From Eledone cirrhosa (lineage: Eukaryota): a DNA stretch of 64,000 bases. Location: assembly GCA_964016885.1 (NCBI GenBank), contig OZ024740.1, positions 67,580,001 to 67,644,000 of the forward strand. Direction: 5' to 3'. A model generated the notes under the pieces. It ran no database searches. It was not told the DNA's origin and saw only the letters and a program-made list of their open reading frames with translations. Made by a program: the position numbers and the translations under genes. Positions 1 through 15,299 of the stretch are shown in pieces; the stretch's first letter is position 1, and the number at the start of each line of letters is the position of its first letter.

Positions 1-3000
1 AAATAAAATTTGAATTACGATTCTATGTTGTGTAGATGGATTCTGCATTTGTGAATAGGTTTTGTACTGTCCTCTCGTGAAATCTCGTCATCCCTACATT
101 TTACACTACACTAATAATTGTCAATATTTGCTTTATAGAAGTATTACTAACGAATAAATAATTATTTGGAAGGTTTTGACACAAATGTCTCCAGAATGCT
201 GCAGATAATTTGATTATCCTATAAGTTTCGAAAGCAAATAACTACAAACAAAATGTTGATATAGTATTACAGTGCCACCTCGAAGGTGTATGGTTCAATT
301 CCACTGCCAGAATTCCTATGTGTACTTCGGCAGCACCGGTAATTTAAATCAAATGTTACTTAGTTTTTGGTATTATTAAGGAATGTTTATCTGCGGAAGA
401 CTTCTCTCTTAATCTTTCGTCTATTTAATGCAAAGAAGACCAGAACGAATTAATTAAATTGACTGCTTTGCAATTCTCTAAATTTAGATGAAACTGGAAA
501 CATTCTATAACCGTGAAGAATGTGTTCGTGTTACCTAGGAAACAGATGGATATATTTATTAGTTAAGATTTAGCTACCATCTACATCTAATTTAGTTATA
601 TTTTTGTGGAAGGCAGATGTTGTAATTCCTTCGACGTTTGGAATCTCATGAGAAGTACTCAGCTCTTTTCGCAGTCAATCTACTTAAATCTCTGTTTAAC
701 ACAAGAATGTTTATTATTAAAAAATACAGATTATAGAGCCACGTTACAAGCTTGTGTCTTCTGAAGGGGATTTCCATCTGTGCAAAAGCTAATCTTTTAG
801 ATTTGCTGTCATCTAACAAACAATACTGTATATAGTCATCGACTATAAAATGGTCTAGCAATATCTATGGTAGATCTCAATAACTTCGTTCTTTGAAACT
901 CTGGTTTCAAATTATTTTCAAAAATATGACTAGTTGGATTCATATACAAGGTGATAAGATATATCTTTAAATTGCTTAATTTATTGAGCATTCAAATATC
1001 TAATACATTTTGAACATCCAAATATCTAATACGTTTTGCTGATATCTGATATCTAATACGTTTTACTTCACAGTAACAGCTTTCTTAACAATGTACCCAA
1101 CTCTACATGTTACCGGTTAGATGCATAACATGTTAGGAAGAAATAAATATAGAATGATATCAATTGTAATTTAGCTCCAGGTCAGCTTTGTTATTGCATT
1201 CCAGTCTTGATCATACACATTTTTAGACATTTATTATTTTTACGAAGGTAAAAATCTAACTGTGGAGACAAATTGCTCTTTAGCGCTAGATCAGTTTTCA
1301 TCACATAACTCCATGATCAACGGTATTTAAGTCTTGAGCATTTCACCTTTTCATGACTATGTATGGCAATATTTACTAAGACATTTGCGTATAATTTGAG
1401 AAATTGGTTGCTATTTCTAGCATATCAAGCAACACTGCAATGTTCTTTTTGGCTTACGGATAGACATTTCACAGCTGTTTCTAACAAATCTAGCAACCAT
1501 GTGCAGGAACTATAGCATGAAATGTATAATGAGGCGGCTAATCGCAGTTTCCATTTGATCCAGGGATTTAATTATCACAAACGATACCCTTAAACTACAT
1601 TACATTATACACATCTCCATCTCTACACAGTACATCAATCCATACAATACACTTCAATACAATACAAATTCATAATAACGAAAGATATGCTTGTGAAATA
1701 ATAACACTGGTAGACTACATGATGTTTCCGTATGTATTTCATAACAGTGTTTACAAGACACAACAACAAAGACAACAGTAACAACAAGAACAACAACTAA
1801 GACATCAATAGTTATACATAATATTTTGGCGAAGAACGGATATATATGATTAGAGTATGGAATAGAATGTGTTAGCTGTATTGATGTATTTTGTTTGTGC
1901 ATTACATCAAGAGGATCAATACGAAAACAGCAGCAGCAGCAACACCATCATCAACAACAATAAGCAACAACAACAGCAGCAACAACAGAAAAAGAAAAAT
2001 GTCTGGTCTTTAAACCGGTTATGGATTATTGTAAATTTAATGTCTACGTACATGCAGTGTAGTTATGTTCTGATATGTAATATCTATTGGCAATTTTGAT
2101 GAAAATGATGATGATGATGAGAAAGAGGAGGTGGAGGAGAAAGAGGTGCATAAGGAACATGAGGATGATGCTGTACATGCTAATGATGGTGGTGATGATG
2201 ATGATGATGATGATGTGGCAGAAGAAAATAATGGTGATAGTGATATTGTTGATGCCACTTTCATAATAAAACAGTATACAGTAAATGCAGAATCTGTTAG
2301 ATATATTAGCTAAATTACCATCACATCACACCCTTCTACTTTTCATATGCATAGGAAACATCCAGATGATATTAAACCATTAACAAATTCCAGCCTATTG
2401 TCTTATATATATGTATATGTGAACACATGTGATCTCAATAGTTTTGCTCGACATGATAACATAAGCAGGCAAAAACTCCCTCAAATTATCTATGCTTTGT
2501 ATGTGCCGATAGCATTTCTTTCTAAAGAGTATCTAGACGTAGCAGACAAAACATTTCTATCACCCTTAAATCACTCCATACTATTTTCTAATTATCTATG
2601 CAACGGGAAGGACGTTTTCTAGATGCTATCCCTAGCTGGATGAAATTGGACCCATTGAACACATAAATTCCATCCTATTGGCTTCTGTATGTATGGTTAT
2701 ATGTGTGTGTCGACTAACGTTAAGCTACGTCTGAAAGAAATGACAACCAAATTTTCTACTTATGTATGAATATACTAACAAAGAGTATTTATGTAAAAGC
2801 TAAACCTGATATAAACAATAATGGAATTCCTCACAAATCAGATGCTATTTTGCATTCTATGGATAGACGTATGTATGAATCAAAGGGATGGCCTTTTATA
2901 TTGCAGCTCGAACTATTATAAGTAGCAATCAAATCATTCTGAAATTATATCCTATTGCTTTATGTATCAATATTTATATGTGTGTATGTGTCAACGAGAA

Positions 3001-3562
3001 AGACTTTTATAATACAGCTAGACTTGATGGAATTATCAGTCAAATTTCCCTTAGTTTACACTCTCCTTTATTATGTATACTAGCACAAAAACCACCCGAA
3101 GGTGTGCATATTGATATTATGCGCAAGTGTATATGCATGTAGATATGATACATCAAATAAAATTACACAGAAATTGAAGGAAGACTGCGTTACATTGCCT
3201 TATGTAATCAGTAACGTAATCCATGATACATTAAAAAAGACGATATTATATATAAACTGCATTAGGAGAAAATTAGTGACGGAAATATATGAATGCTTAT
3301 TTAAGAGGATGCTAACCGAAAGTGTTGACATTTGAAAATGTTAAACAATTGAATCTTAAAATAAGCAACAAAATTATTTATATTCAATCAAGAATACCGA
3401 AATTTAGTAGATAAATTATGTAATATTCATTCATTATTTATTCAAAGTAATCCAACTTATTTTACAAACGGCATAACGAAATATGTTCTGGACGCAGTCC
3501 CGCACTCCTTACTTTATTATAGTTTATATTTATATATATATAGAGAGAGAGCGAGAGAGAGA

Positions 3563-3636
<74 letters not shown>

Positions 3637-3722
3637 CTCTCTCTCGCTCTCTCTCTCTCTCTTACTCTCACTCTCTCTCACTATCTCTCTCTCCACTCTC
3701 TTTCTCACACACACACAGGTAT

Positions 3723-3816
<94 letters not shown>

Positions 3817-4087
3817 ATACATATATGTATATATATAATTACCCAGAAATATTTTGATTGTTCCTCAAAGCCACTGTTGAACAAACAGATGACGATCGGT
3901 CGCTGACACGGCACAGCTTCAAATCGGGTCGCCTGTTTTCATTATTATTAATGTTCGATATAACCCATACGTGCATATGTATATGTATATATGTATGTGT
4001 ATGTATATATATATATATAGAGAGAGAGAGATAGATAGATATATAGATAGATATGGATATATATGTGTGTGTGTGTGACTGTCTGTC

Positions 4088-4118
<31 letters not shown>

Positions 4119-5454
4119 GTGCGTGTGTACGTATGCATACTTACCTTTATATATTAGCTGCGCTAGGGCGAGAAATAAAATTCTAATTTCTTTTTGTCAA
4201 GCCACTAAATCATAGGCTAATTTCCTATGATCTATACACAACGGGGCTGTGTATATTACGTTTATTCTTACTTCAAGTAGTAATGTTGTAGATCTTCATA
4301 ATTCAATAAGTTCAATGATTTAGGAATCATAAGACTGTTGTATGAGTTTAACAATTAGTATATAATTTAATGAGGCCTATTTTTAAGAGCATCTGCTTAC
4401 TGGGGTAGAACAAAGAGATATATGGTAGTGTTTCATGATAGGTGTATTATGATTAATTAATTAGACATTCATAATTGGAGGTTAATTCATTAAGGATTGG
4501 TAAAATGTTATCAAATTGTGATGCTAGCCCAGAAAATCGAATTTGATGGTGATTAGAAATACGGAAGAAGATCATCTCCTATCGTTAGTATTGTTATTGT
4601 TTGGGTCCAAATCAGCACAGATAGAACCCAACTATAGCATGTAGGAACGGAGAATATAATCCTTCACGGGTAAAATACGGTTACAAAGTCAATATTAAAA
4701 CATATTCGATTATGTTTATGCGTGTTGATCAACAGCTTTGATTAATGAATTGAAATATGCCTCGGAGTATGATATATGTTTAATTAAATCTGAATGATTT
4801 AAAATTTCACATTTTGTTGTATATATTTCTAAATATAAAAAAGAAAAAGACATTAAAATGGAGAATAGATAAGTAAGAAAAGAGGAGAGAAAAGGTCGGG
4901 ATAAACTCGACACTTGATGTTGGATTGTATATCTCAGTTGAGCCTCGTGGACAAGATGATCAAAGCATTGCCGCAGAGAACAAACATCGATACACGTTGC
5001 ATCAACTACTTCACCTCATCGAGCTTCTTCCTCGAATTTGTAACGGAAAAGAACATTCATTTGAACGATAACATTGGAGGTTTCGATAGAAACCGTCACA
5101 AAAAGGAGACGGTCATTCACAAGCCGCGCAGTGGGATAAATGGAAAATCGCGTATATGTAAGCCGAAAATCTTAACAAGACACGCTTGTGTTCATTAGTA
5201 CATTGGCACTCAATTAGATTAGTCGTCTGGTTCTGAAATGCAAGAGAACGAAATGGATATTTCATTGAGAAATATGAACTGAGTCACGTTGGAATTTATT
5301 TGTTTTTCTTATGTTTCAGTGATGGTAATGTACATAAGTAATTCATGTATAACTGTGTGTGTATATATCACTGAGGTTATATTCTCATGGGTATTTGCAT
5401 GCGTGTGTAATGATGTTTATCATTAAATATGTTGGCGTCTATGTGAAAGTGTGC

Positions 5455-5578
<124 letters not shown>

Positions 5579-5708
5579 GTGCACATAAAGGTGAGTGTAT
5601 GTAGGTTTGCAATGTTCGTGCTGATTGGTGTATTTGGTTTCATTCGTATTTTGTTCTCATTCATAATCATTAGTAGATATATTTGTATTTATTCCTAGGT
5701 GGGTTTAT

Positions 5709-5746
<38 letters not shown>

Positions 5747-6532
5747 AGATAGATAGATATGGATATACATATACATATATATATATATATAGATAGATAG
5801 ATATAGATTTGGTATACATATATGAATATACGTGTGTGTTATATTATACACATATGTCTATATGTGAGTACATGTTTGTGTCTGAAGAATGTGTCTGCGA
5901 ATTAACATGCAATTAAATTTAAATACTTGAAATAAGATATTAGAGTAGTAAAGTAAACAAAAATTAAGTGAAAAACAATAATTATATTCCCCAAAAGTTT
6001 CATTTATTAATTCTTGAATTAATATTTGTAATTAGATTATTAGTAACGTGCTGAAGGATTAAGCATGGTTTGTCATTACCAAGCAAATGATCGATGATTA
6101 AATAAATTGCAACGCATCTGTCGTTAAAGTTATGACACTTTATATACCATCGGGATTTCTTTCACTTGGAAACTTTTATGAGGCCTCTTAGCATTTTGAA
6201 AACAACTATAAAAATACCATGTAATTTTTTCTCATTGCGCTTTCTTCATTCTTATTTCCGTATAATATCCAAGGCAAAATACACACGGAGAAAGAATGCT
6301 ATTTTCCTTTTAGATTCAATCCTTTATTTTTCGTGTTTTTTTAATATATTTTTACCTCTGCATGTTCCTTCTCATATACCGAAGATGAATCTATATCTAA
6401 ACTGTTATAAAATATTTCCATTTCACCGACTTTCAAAGAAACATGAGGAATTTATATTTTATCCTACCAGGAAAAACTTGAACCGTTAAGATCTTCTTCC
6501 TGGATATGTCAATATTTATAAAACAAACTTTG

Positions 6533-6593
6533 TATTTTATCTGATGAGAGTTTACCAAAGTGTTGGCACCCTTGAAATATATATAATAGAATA
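6533..6593 (+). ncRNA. Type I hammerhead ribozyme candidate (family B)
   Basis: Stem I TATTTTAT/ATAGAATA, core CTGATGA (6541-6547), imperfect stem II GAG..CCAA-agtg-TTGG..CTT, GAAA (6574-6577), short stem III with palindromic ATAT loop, AUA triplet (cleavage after 6585). Homologous copy at ~52486-52559 on the minus strand. Confidence 0.7.
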
Positions 6594-6703
6594 AATATGG
6601 TTTTATAAATACAGTTTCCATTTATTTAATATCAGAAAATCTATCGAGTGCTTCGAATCAGTTATAAACATTTATATTTGTTGAATTACCAACAAATTAA
6701 ATA

Positions 6704-6739
<36 letters not shown>

Positions 6740-7139
6740 GACCCTATCTGCAAACCTTAAAAGTGAACACACATACATGCTACAATACAAAACAAACACT
6801 CTTAGCTGTGTTTAGCAACTCTTGGGACCCGAATAATCCACCCACAACCGCTTATTAATTTTTCAAGTTTTTGACAACTACCCTAGCCCATCGCTATATT
6901 CAACTCACTGCGATTATTAAATATTGCTAATCTATTTCCAGCGAAATTTTGTTTTATTTGGTAGCATTTTTGCGACAATTAATATTCATTAGACATTATA
7001 AAAACATTATATGTAATAAACAATAGAACATTACAAGAAATCTCATACGGTATAAATAAATAGGATGAGTTGGGAACTCAATATATAAACTAAACGACTA
7101 ATCCCAGTTTGAAAAAATCAAGGGAGACAACCTAGAAAA

Positions 7140-7197
7140 ATTATTATTTCTGACAATATTATTACAACAATCTGACCCTCCCCAAGTATAACAATAT
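7140..7197 (+). mobile_element. Short 3'-end fragment of repeat family D (PLE terminus)
   Basis: Ends TGACCCTCCCCAAGTATAACAATAT, as at 59612, 63997 and (reverse) 55171. Confidence 0.6.
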
Positions 7198-7252
7198 TTG
7201 TTTGGACATACGATTTCATATCAAAACCTTGCAAAACGAAGATATATATATA

Positions 7253-7358
7253 CGAGAAGAGTGAGGACCCCAACGTCTGAGCTCCGGCGGTTTCGACAGC
7301 TAGTATCGAGTACTCTGGTGCGTTATGGTCCACCTGTTTGCATACCACACTTCCTTCG

Positions 7359-7360
<2 letters not shown>
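7253..7360 (+). mobile_element. Family C module, palindrome collapsed by deletion
   Basis: Left arm (gagaagagtgaggacc..tttcgacagctag) joined directly to the GAGTACTCTGGTGCGTTATGGTCCACC tail shared with 28212, 49182 and 58901; ends in (TA)n. Confidence 0.7.
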
Positions 7361-7408
<48 letters not shown>

Positions 7409-7410
<2 letters not shown>

Positions 7411-7548
7411 GTAGGTCCCGGGTTGAGTCGGGGATAACCACAGTAAGTAGGGTACTCAATACATGGCAGAGTAAAATTTTTTTATTTTATAGAAGGAGCT
7501 TCTACAGGACTAGTACTGTTTCATTCAGAGGAAATCTTCAAAAAGCTG
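7409..7548 (-). mobile_element. Family A module with hammerhead-like core
   Basis: Minus strand reads TTGAAGA-T-TTC-ctct-GAA-T-GAAAC; similar to copies at 20775, 20933 and 52586; ends at (TA)n. No stem I found. Confidence 0.6.
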
Positions 7549-7964
7549 GGTGTCATATTAAGTTCTGGTATTTATACATTTAGGTAGTGGCAAGGGAGGG
7601 GTGGTATTTAGATACACAGGACCACTTCATGGCACAGGCCGTTTTTTCTATGGGGAGTGGTCAATTAGCCAGAGCGCTTTTTTGAAATAAATAAATAAGT
7701 AAATAAATAAATAAATGAATAGATAAATAGATAAATGAATAAATAAATAAAATAAATAAAGAAATAAATAAAAAATAAATAAATAAAAACCCCAAGAATA
7801 GTAATTCAACAGATATATAGTAGGGACATTTTTTAGGTGGGTTGGTAATAGAAATTAAACATTTAACAAGACCGAATCATGGCACAGACTGGGGTGAGTG
7901 GTCAAGTTAACATACAAGCCACAGGTGGCCAGAGTGTTTTAGTAGGATGGAAAGAATAAAATAT

Positions 7965-8094
7965 ATTTACATACTCACAACCACATACAAAAACACTTAC
8001 ACACACACATACATACATATATACTTATATATATATACATACATATATACATATGTGGGTGTGTGTGTGCACACCTACACATTCACACACATAT

Positions 8095-8147
<53 letters not shown>

Positions 8148-8315
8148 TGTGTGCGCATACACATACACACACACACACATATACACACACACATACATAC
8201 ACATATATACATATATACACAGGAAAAACACAAACACACAAATATACACACACACACGCATACACATACACACACATATATATATATATATCTACACATA
8301 CACACGCGTGCATAC

Positions 8316-8378
<63 letters not shown>

Positions 8379-8578
8379 TATGCATACATACACATATATA
8401 TATATATATATATACACACCTACAAGTACATATGTCTCTCTCGTGTAAACTATACTATACATACACATACATACATTTGCACACACATACATACACATAC
8501 ATACACACACACACACAAACACATACATTCACACATATATATACATATATACACATACACACACACATACATATATAA

Positions 8579-8613
<35 letters not shown>

Positions 8614-8639
8614 TATATATACCTATACATTTACATATA

Positions 8640-8701
<62 letters not shown>

Positions 8702-8860
8702 CATACATATACATACACACACACACACATATATACGTATATACATACACACGCATACACATTTACAAGCAAACACGCATACATACACATACATACATAC
8801 ATATAAGTACACAAACGCATATGCACAAACACGCACTCGTTCGCACTCATACATGTGTCT
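7965..8860. repeat. (CA)/(TA) compound low-complexity tract
   Basis: Direct reading; source of many spurious ORFs. Confidence 0.95.
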
Positions 8861-9379
8861 ATAATATAAAGGTAGTGGGACAAATTTTAAATTTTAAATT
8901 TTAAACTGGGCCTGATAGAGGATTAAAATAATTAATGTCACTATTAAGTTATTAATAGTATCATCAAGTAATTAATTACTATTTATTATTTATTACTTAC
9001 TATTTACCATTCACTATTCGTTACCTATCTTTTATCCTTTATCTATTTAATACCTAATCATTCACTCATAAATTAATAAATAAATAAATAAATAAATGAA
9101 AGAGTTAACTAACAAACGAACAAACAAACAAGCAGATAAACAAATAAACCAGTAAATAAGCAAATAAATAAACAAGTAAATAAATAAATGGATAAATAAA
9201 TAAATAAGTAAATAAAGTAACTAAATAAATAAATAAATAACTAAATAAATATACAAGTTAAATAGATAAATAAATCATGAACGTGTGCGTGCAGCAGTTC
9301 ATAACTGCACGTATGCAAACATGAGCAGGTATATACGTGAATTTGTGTGTGCGGCCACGGAACTTTACTATATTATATA

Positions 9380-10419
9380 TGTATATATGTTTCGGCCAGT
9401 ATTTGCCCAGGCCATGTCGAACTTAATAGCACCACCTGGCGAAGTCTTTCAAATCAGGATTTGGTCACCATGGCCCACTCAAGTTAAGAGTTATTGTTTA
9501 CGGAATCATATCCGGGTGTAGGAGGTTTATGCAGAATTTCTTGAAGGAATTTGTCCAAAGGCTTCTTGAACTTTATGAAGTCTGTTTCCGTTTTAATGTA
9601 ATGTTAAAGAGAGCGGGGTCAATTGAGGTGAAATAATTGTGCCGTAATGTTGTTATGAGATGCTAGTGAGATTTTTATCGTGGGCGGATAGCACGGGGCC
9701 GAGGCCTTGGGTGTATCTTAAAGGTTATGCCAACATCATTTGGGCAATGCTGATGGAATATTTTCCACATCATGCAGATGATGTAGCGCTCACGGCAGCG
9801 TTGGAAAGAATAAAGGTTGGGCTTTACTAATCGACTCCAATAGTCAAGGCCTGTCATGCCATCTATCTTTTTTGTAATCGATCTTTGGGGTGCTTCATCT
9901 TTCATGATACATTGTTTCACAGTGGACAACAGTATTCAAGGTGGGGTCGGGCAACAGTAGAGAAGAGAAGGATAACAGTGTGGATATCTCTCGACTGGAA
10001 GGTTCTGAGGATCCGGGAACACAGTCTGCGGGCCATGTCAACTTTGGTGTTTATATGAGTGGTCCAGCGGTATGTTGTTGTCCATAATTACTCCGAAGTC
10101 TCGGAAGTTGTCGGATGCCACAAGAGTTTCACCTGAAGGAAGAGAGTATGGGAGTTTCAGAGCATCCTCTTTTCCGAAGTGGATTAACTCGAATTTATCC
10201 TCATTCAGCAGCATATTGTTCTTTTCCTTCCATTTGATAACAGCCAGTAGCTCTGACTGAACGCAAGTCCGGTCGCCCACCTCATTGATGACCTTTTGGA
10301 ACTTGGGATCATCTGCAAAGGTTATTATGTTGCGGTGCTTGATGGTCTCAGTAATGTCATTAATGTAAATGATGAAAAGAAGTGGGCCCACACAGTGCCT
10401 TGCGGGACGCCACTGCTGA

Positions 10420-10422
<3 letters not shown>
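9380..10422 (-). mobile_element. 5'-truncated, frameshifted CR1/L2-group LINE (RT C-terminal half)
   Basis: SGVPQGTV / GPLLFIIYINDI / FADD / LNEDKFELIHFG in track ORFs; downstream FQRCRERY and FKKPLDKFLQ..PGY segments; 5' end abuts (CA)n. Confidence 0.88.
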
Positions 10423-10481
<59 letters not shown>

Positions 10482-10497
10482 ACACACACACACACAT

Positions 10498-10575
<78 letters not shown>

Positions 10576-10850
10576 TAGACCTGCAAAATTTTTGATGTGA
10601 TATGTACTAATTTTACTGGATTCCTGTTGATAAGCACAGATGATTTGGATATTTCACTTTTTATTTCTATTCCATTTCGATTCTCTTTATTTTTCAATTC
10701 ACATACCACCGTTGCGAAACGGATTAAGGTTTCGAGGTTCAAATTCGTCTACGGAACAGGTTTGGATTTTGAAATTTAAATCTGTCCAGGAATCATGGCC
10801 GTTGCCAATATAAGAGACAGCAGACAAATTGTATTCACTTTAATTAGTTT
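10576..10850 (+). repeat. Dispersed repeat related to the 49580-50695 element
   Basis: ctacggaacaggtttggattttgaaatttaaatctgtcc matches ctacggagctggtttggattttgaaatttaaatttgtcc at ~50392. Confidence 0.7.
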
Positions 10851-10913
10851 ATTTCATTAATAGCTAACTTTGTCTATTGCAATGTAAACACGTTTCGTGT
10901 TTATCATATATTT

Positions 10914-11037
<124 letters not shown>

Positions 11038-11500
11038 AAATCAACGGCCTGGGATATATCAATGAATTGAACGAACAGGAGTCTATTTCTTTTCTTCATG
11101 TTTTTTTCTGTTTTGTTTTTCTGTTCAAAAATCTGTTGCATAGCAATTTCCATCGAAATATATATAACAGCAATTATGAATAAAGGGAGTAAATCCTAAC
11201 CTGTTGACTTGTACTTCATTATTACACAGACCTTGTATACTTCGTTGAGTGTTCTATCCTGCATACAATACTATCGGTGATTAACCAACACATGTTTCTT
11301 TACCGTATATACATATATATATATATATACACGCACACATATTTACATATATACACATATATATATACACATATATATACACATATATACACATATATAT
11401 ATATATACACATATATATACACACATATATATATATATACACATATATATATACACATATATATACACATATATATATACATATAAAATATATATATAAA

Positions 11501-11532
<32 letters not shown>

Positions 11533-13534
11533 TCGTGTGAGTGTGAGTGTGCGTGCGTGTGTATCCTCATACACTCTCGTGTCTAATCGATGACTAAACG
11601 ACTGAATCACGGGCACATTGTCGGTAAATGACACATGTCGGTAATTGATACAGTCCATTGACTCCTCTATTCGGATATTCTTCCCTTTATTAACTGAATT
11701 GGATGCAATATTTATTTATTCATTTATTCCTTCATTCATTTATGTGGGTTTCTTTTAATTATAAATGCCTATATTTATTGAAAGGTCAATCGTGTACAGA
11801 GAGGTTTCTCGCTCGTATTTGAAGCTCCTGGTTGTAGGTTTGATGGTGGTGGTAGAAGGTAGAAAAGATCATGATGATGGGAGTGGTATGAAGGTAATGA
11901 CAGTGATGAGAGGTAGGTACTAATAATGTGGGTGTTTATATGTTAGTAAATTGCTTGTTTTATAGTCCTATATTCTATGTCATGTCCCACTTCTAATATC
12001 TAAGCAGCTTTGATTCATCGTGCCACCTACCACCAGTTTTGTGTTAGGAAGTATTTTTGATTTGTGAACTACTTAACCGTTAGTTTATGCCAAGTTAAAT
12101 GACCCTGAAAAAAGGGCTCCTTAGTTGTGGTAGTGTAATAGACGGTGGTCTCAAATATTATGATGGTGTTGCTGGTGGGAATTGTACTATAAGTACTGAT
12201 GTCAATTATTTCAGTGATCAGCTAGTGGAATTGTTGAAGAGATGGAGAAATCCAAGATGGAACGATTTTACCAACTCTGTGCGTTCTCTGTTCAAATGAG
12301 AGCGAGATCAAGTTTATCTTTCAACCTTCTTGACCAATAAATAAAGTATTAGTTGTATACTGACGCTAATGTTTGCACTCTTTATGCTTATTTCTATCTT
12401 TATAACCATCCCTCTCTTTCTCTCATTGACTCCCTCCAAACAAAAATCTTTGATAAAATAGCTAGCAATATCTTTTTATTTAACGTGGTGGATGTGAACT
12501 CTCCGATATGCAGTGCGGTACGGAATCATTAAATAAATGAGCTGATGCCACTGGAGTTAGTTAATAACGCTGTTTTTTTATTGAAATATTTTATTCATCT
12601 TGCTTTTCGTTAGGTAAACCCTGATCAAACATATATTATGATCGATCACTTTCCAACGATGAGCATACTATATTCTTAAGGTTTTGTAAGATTACACTGC
12701 ATAATAAGCCTTCTTATTTTAAGTCAGCAGAGTGTGACTTAAAGGTAGATTTGAATGTTTTCATCTTGTAGATCACACTACCACTTAATAGGCTATAGCA
12801 TTTTAGTCTTGACTAAATCTCCTTTTATTTAGACATTTTGAATATGTCGTTTCTTTTTAAAGATGACATGGAGTAATTCAAATACGTAGAATTTTGAATG
12901 ATATTTATTACAGGTCACGAGTGGCATAGCGGGTTTATCGTTAGCTCATGATAGTTGTAGTTTTAAGAGAAAGTGACATACATACTGCGACAATGATGGT
13001 GATGTGTACTGATAGACCATGGTGATGACAGGTTGAAGTCTGATCGTGGTGACGATTAACGAGGGATGGTGATATTGGTGTTGATATAGAGTTGAAGTGA
13101 TGGTGTTGACAGCGTTGGAATGATGGTGATATGTATTGAGTACTGTCTTTAATCGTAGTAATAAATTGGTGGGACACAACACTGATCATGGTTATGATAA
13201 TGGTCTTAATGGTGGGAGTAGGAGTAAAGGTGCTGACAATGTCGTTGCTGTTGTTGTTTATCACTAGGTGAGTCCCAGGTTAGCTGCAGGTCAGGCTTTG
13301 ATCAAATGCATTACAACCATGACCATTTTATTTTTAAGGGTATCTACAGCAACATTATCCATTGCGTAAATTCCTTCTTTACCATCATCGACGTGTCATG
13401 CTTTGAAGAGAGATTTGGCTACTTATTATAACAAGTCGAGTGAAAATTTAGCAGCTCCCATATATGTTTGAGGTGGTTATTTCAATATTCTTTCTGTAAA
13501 TCCAGAATGGATCATACCTACGAAACAATATCGT

Positions 13535-14115
13535 TAGAGTTAGGTTTTGGGTTAGGGTGTAAGGCTTAAGTTAAAGGTTTTGGTTACCATTAGGTTTAGG
13601 GCTATCGTGAGTGTAAGGGTTAGTGTTAACGTTAAAGTTATCGTTATCTTTAGGGCTAAGGTTAGGTTTAGTATTAGGGTTATGTTTAGGGTTACTCTTA
13701 GGATTAGGATTATGTTTAGGGTTAATCTCAGGATTAGGGCTAGGGTTTGTGGTAGGATCAGGGTCAGGGTTAGGTTTAGGGTTAGTGTTAAGATTATGGC
13801 TAGGTTTAGGATTAGTGATAGGGTTAATGATAGGGTTAGTGTCGGAGTTAGGATTTGTTTTAGAGTTAGGGTTAGGTTTAGGTTTAGGGTTAATATTAGG
13901 GTTAGGTTTAACGTTTGGGTTTGTGTTGGGCTTAGGTTTAATGTTAGATTTAGGGTCAGTGTGAGTGTGAGGTGAGCGTGAAGGTGAAGGTTAGGGTTAG
14001 AGTTAGTGTTCGGATTAGCTTTAACTTTAGGGTTCGGATAAGGTTAGTGTTAGGTTTAGGATTAGAGTTAGATTTAGTTTCAGGGATAGGGTTAAGATTA
14101 GTGTTAGGGGTAATT
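13535..14115 (+). repeat. Degenerate TTAGGG-like hexamer tract
   Basis: About 580 bp of ttaggg/ttaggt/ttagtg/ttagga variants with 6-nt periodicity. Confidence 0.9.
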
Positions 14116-15299
14116 TTAGTGCTATATCCCATATTTTTCCTATTTTCGTGGAAAAAATAATCACAATATCTTGTGACCTGTTTTAAGGCCTTAGCATGTT
14201 GCATGAAGGAGGTTTCTGTAATATTTCTAGCAGGTCAAACTACTACTTAGAAGCTACATCGTTGGTGACAATGTTATGTACCGAATGAAATAATAGCCGT
14301 GGTGGTGTTTTTGCGTGATGGTGGTGCTGCAGGTAGTCGTGAGCTTGATAATGGGGATGGCACTGATGGTTACTGGAGACTTTTGTAATGGTAGTGGTGA
14401 GAGCAAGAACATGAAGGATATTGTCGACGGCGGTCTTTTATGGTAAAGATAATGGACGCAGTATTAATGACAAATAGAGAGGTGATGATAGTGAGGATAT
14501 GGGATGATGAGGACAGCTTATGGTAATAGCAGTAGTAGATTTGGGGTGACGGTATTAATGGTAGATCTTTGGTAAATGTCGAAAATATAATGATGGAGAA
14601 ACAAACTTTATTTTGTTTTGTTTATTTTTTATACTTTGTTTAAATTTCCGAACAATTTAAAGCAAATCGCCTATGTTAAATAAAATAAATAACAAACCTA
14701 AGAATATTCACTGGTGTCGACTGAAAAATATATAAATGTGTGCGTGTATGCCTGTGCTTGTATTTGTATGTTTTTATATATATACATATATGCATACGTA
14801 TATATAAACACACAGGCACACATATACACACGCATATATACAAGTACATACATACATACATACATACATACATACATACATACATACATACATACATAAT
14901 AGAGAGAGAGAGAAGAGAGAGAGAAAGAGAGAGGGAGGGGGGGGGGGGGGCAACGATGGTCTCAAATTTACAATGATTGCAGGAGACATTTTAACAGTAG
15001 CTGAAGGTAGTTGTAGGGTAAGAACTGGGAGAACGTGCTTGCCATTAGTATGTCAGAGTAACTCGAGTTGTGTGTGGGGTGTTTTAAATCACCGTGTCTT
15101 TGTTCGCCATTTAGGGGCCCTTTATTGTTTATTGTTATTTTCTTATTATTCTATTTTTATTCTTATTGTTGGTTTCGCTATTTTACTGGATGTAAATCAA
15201 ATCATGCATTTAATTTTTTTTTTTTTTGTCTTTCGTCCTTCTACCGTACTTACTACATAGAACCTTTGTAGCTAACGAAAGATATTATTGCTGTTATTA

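Noticed and set aside
4914-5198. GC-richer ORF as a possible host exon
   Set aside because: No recognisable motif and no supportable splice structure; would need a homology search.
10597-10779. Shared peptide end YG.GLDFEI with ORF 50226-50423
   Set aside because: Explained by DNA-level repeat homology; upstream frames do not align, so there is no coding support.
13580-14204. RV/GL-repeat ORFs
   Set aside because: Translation of the degenerate TTAGGG tract.
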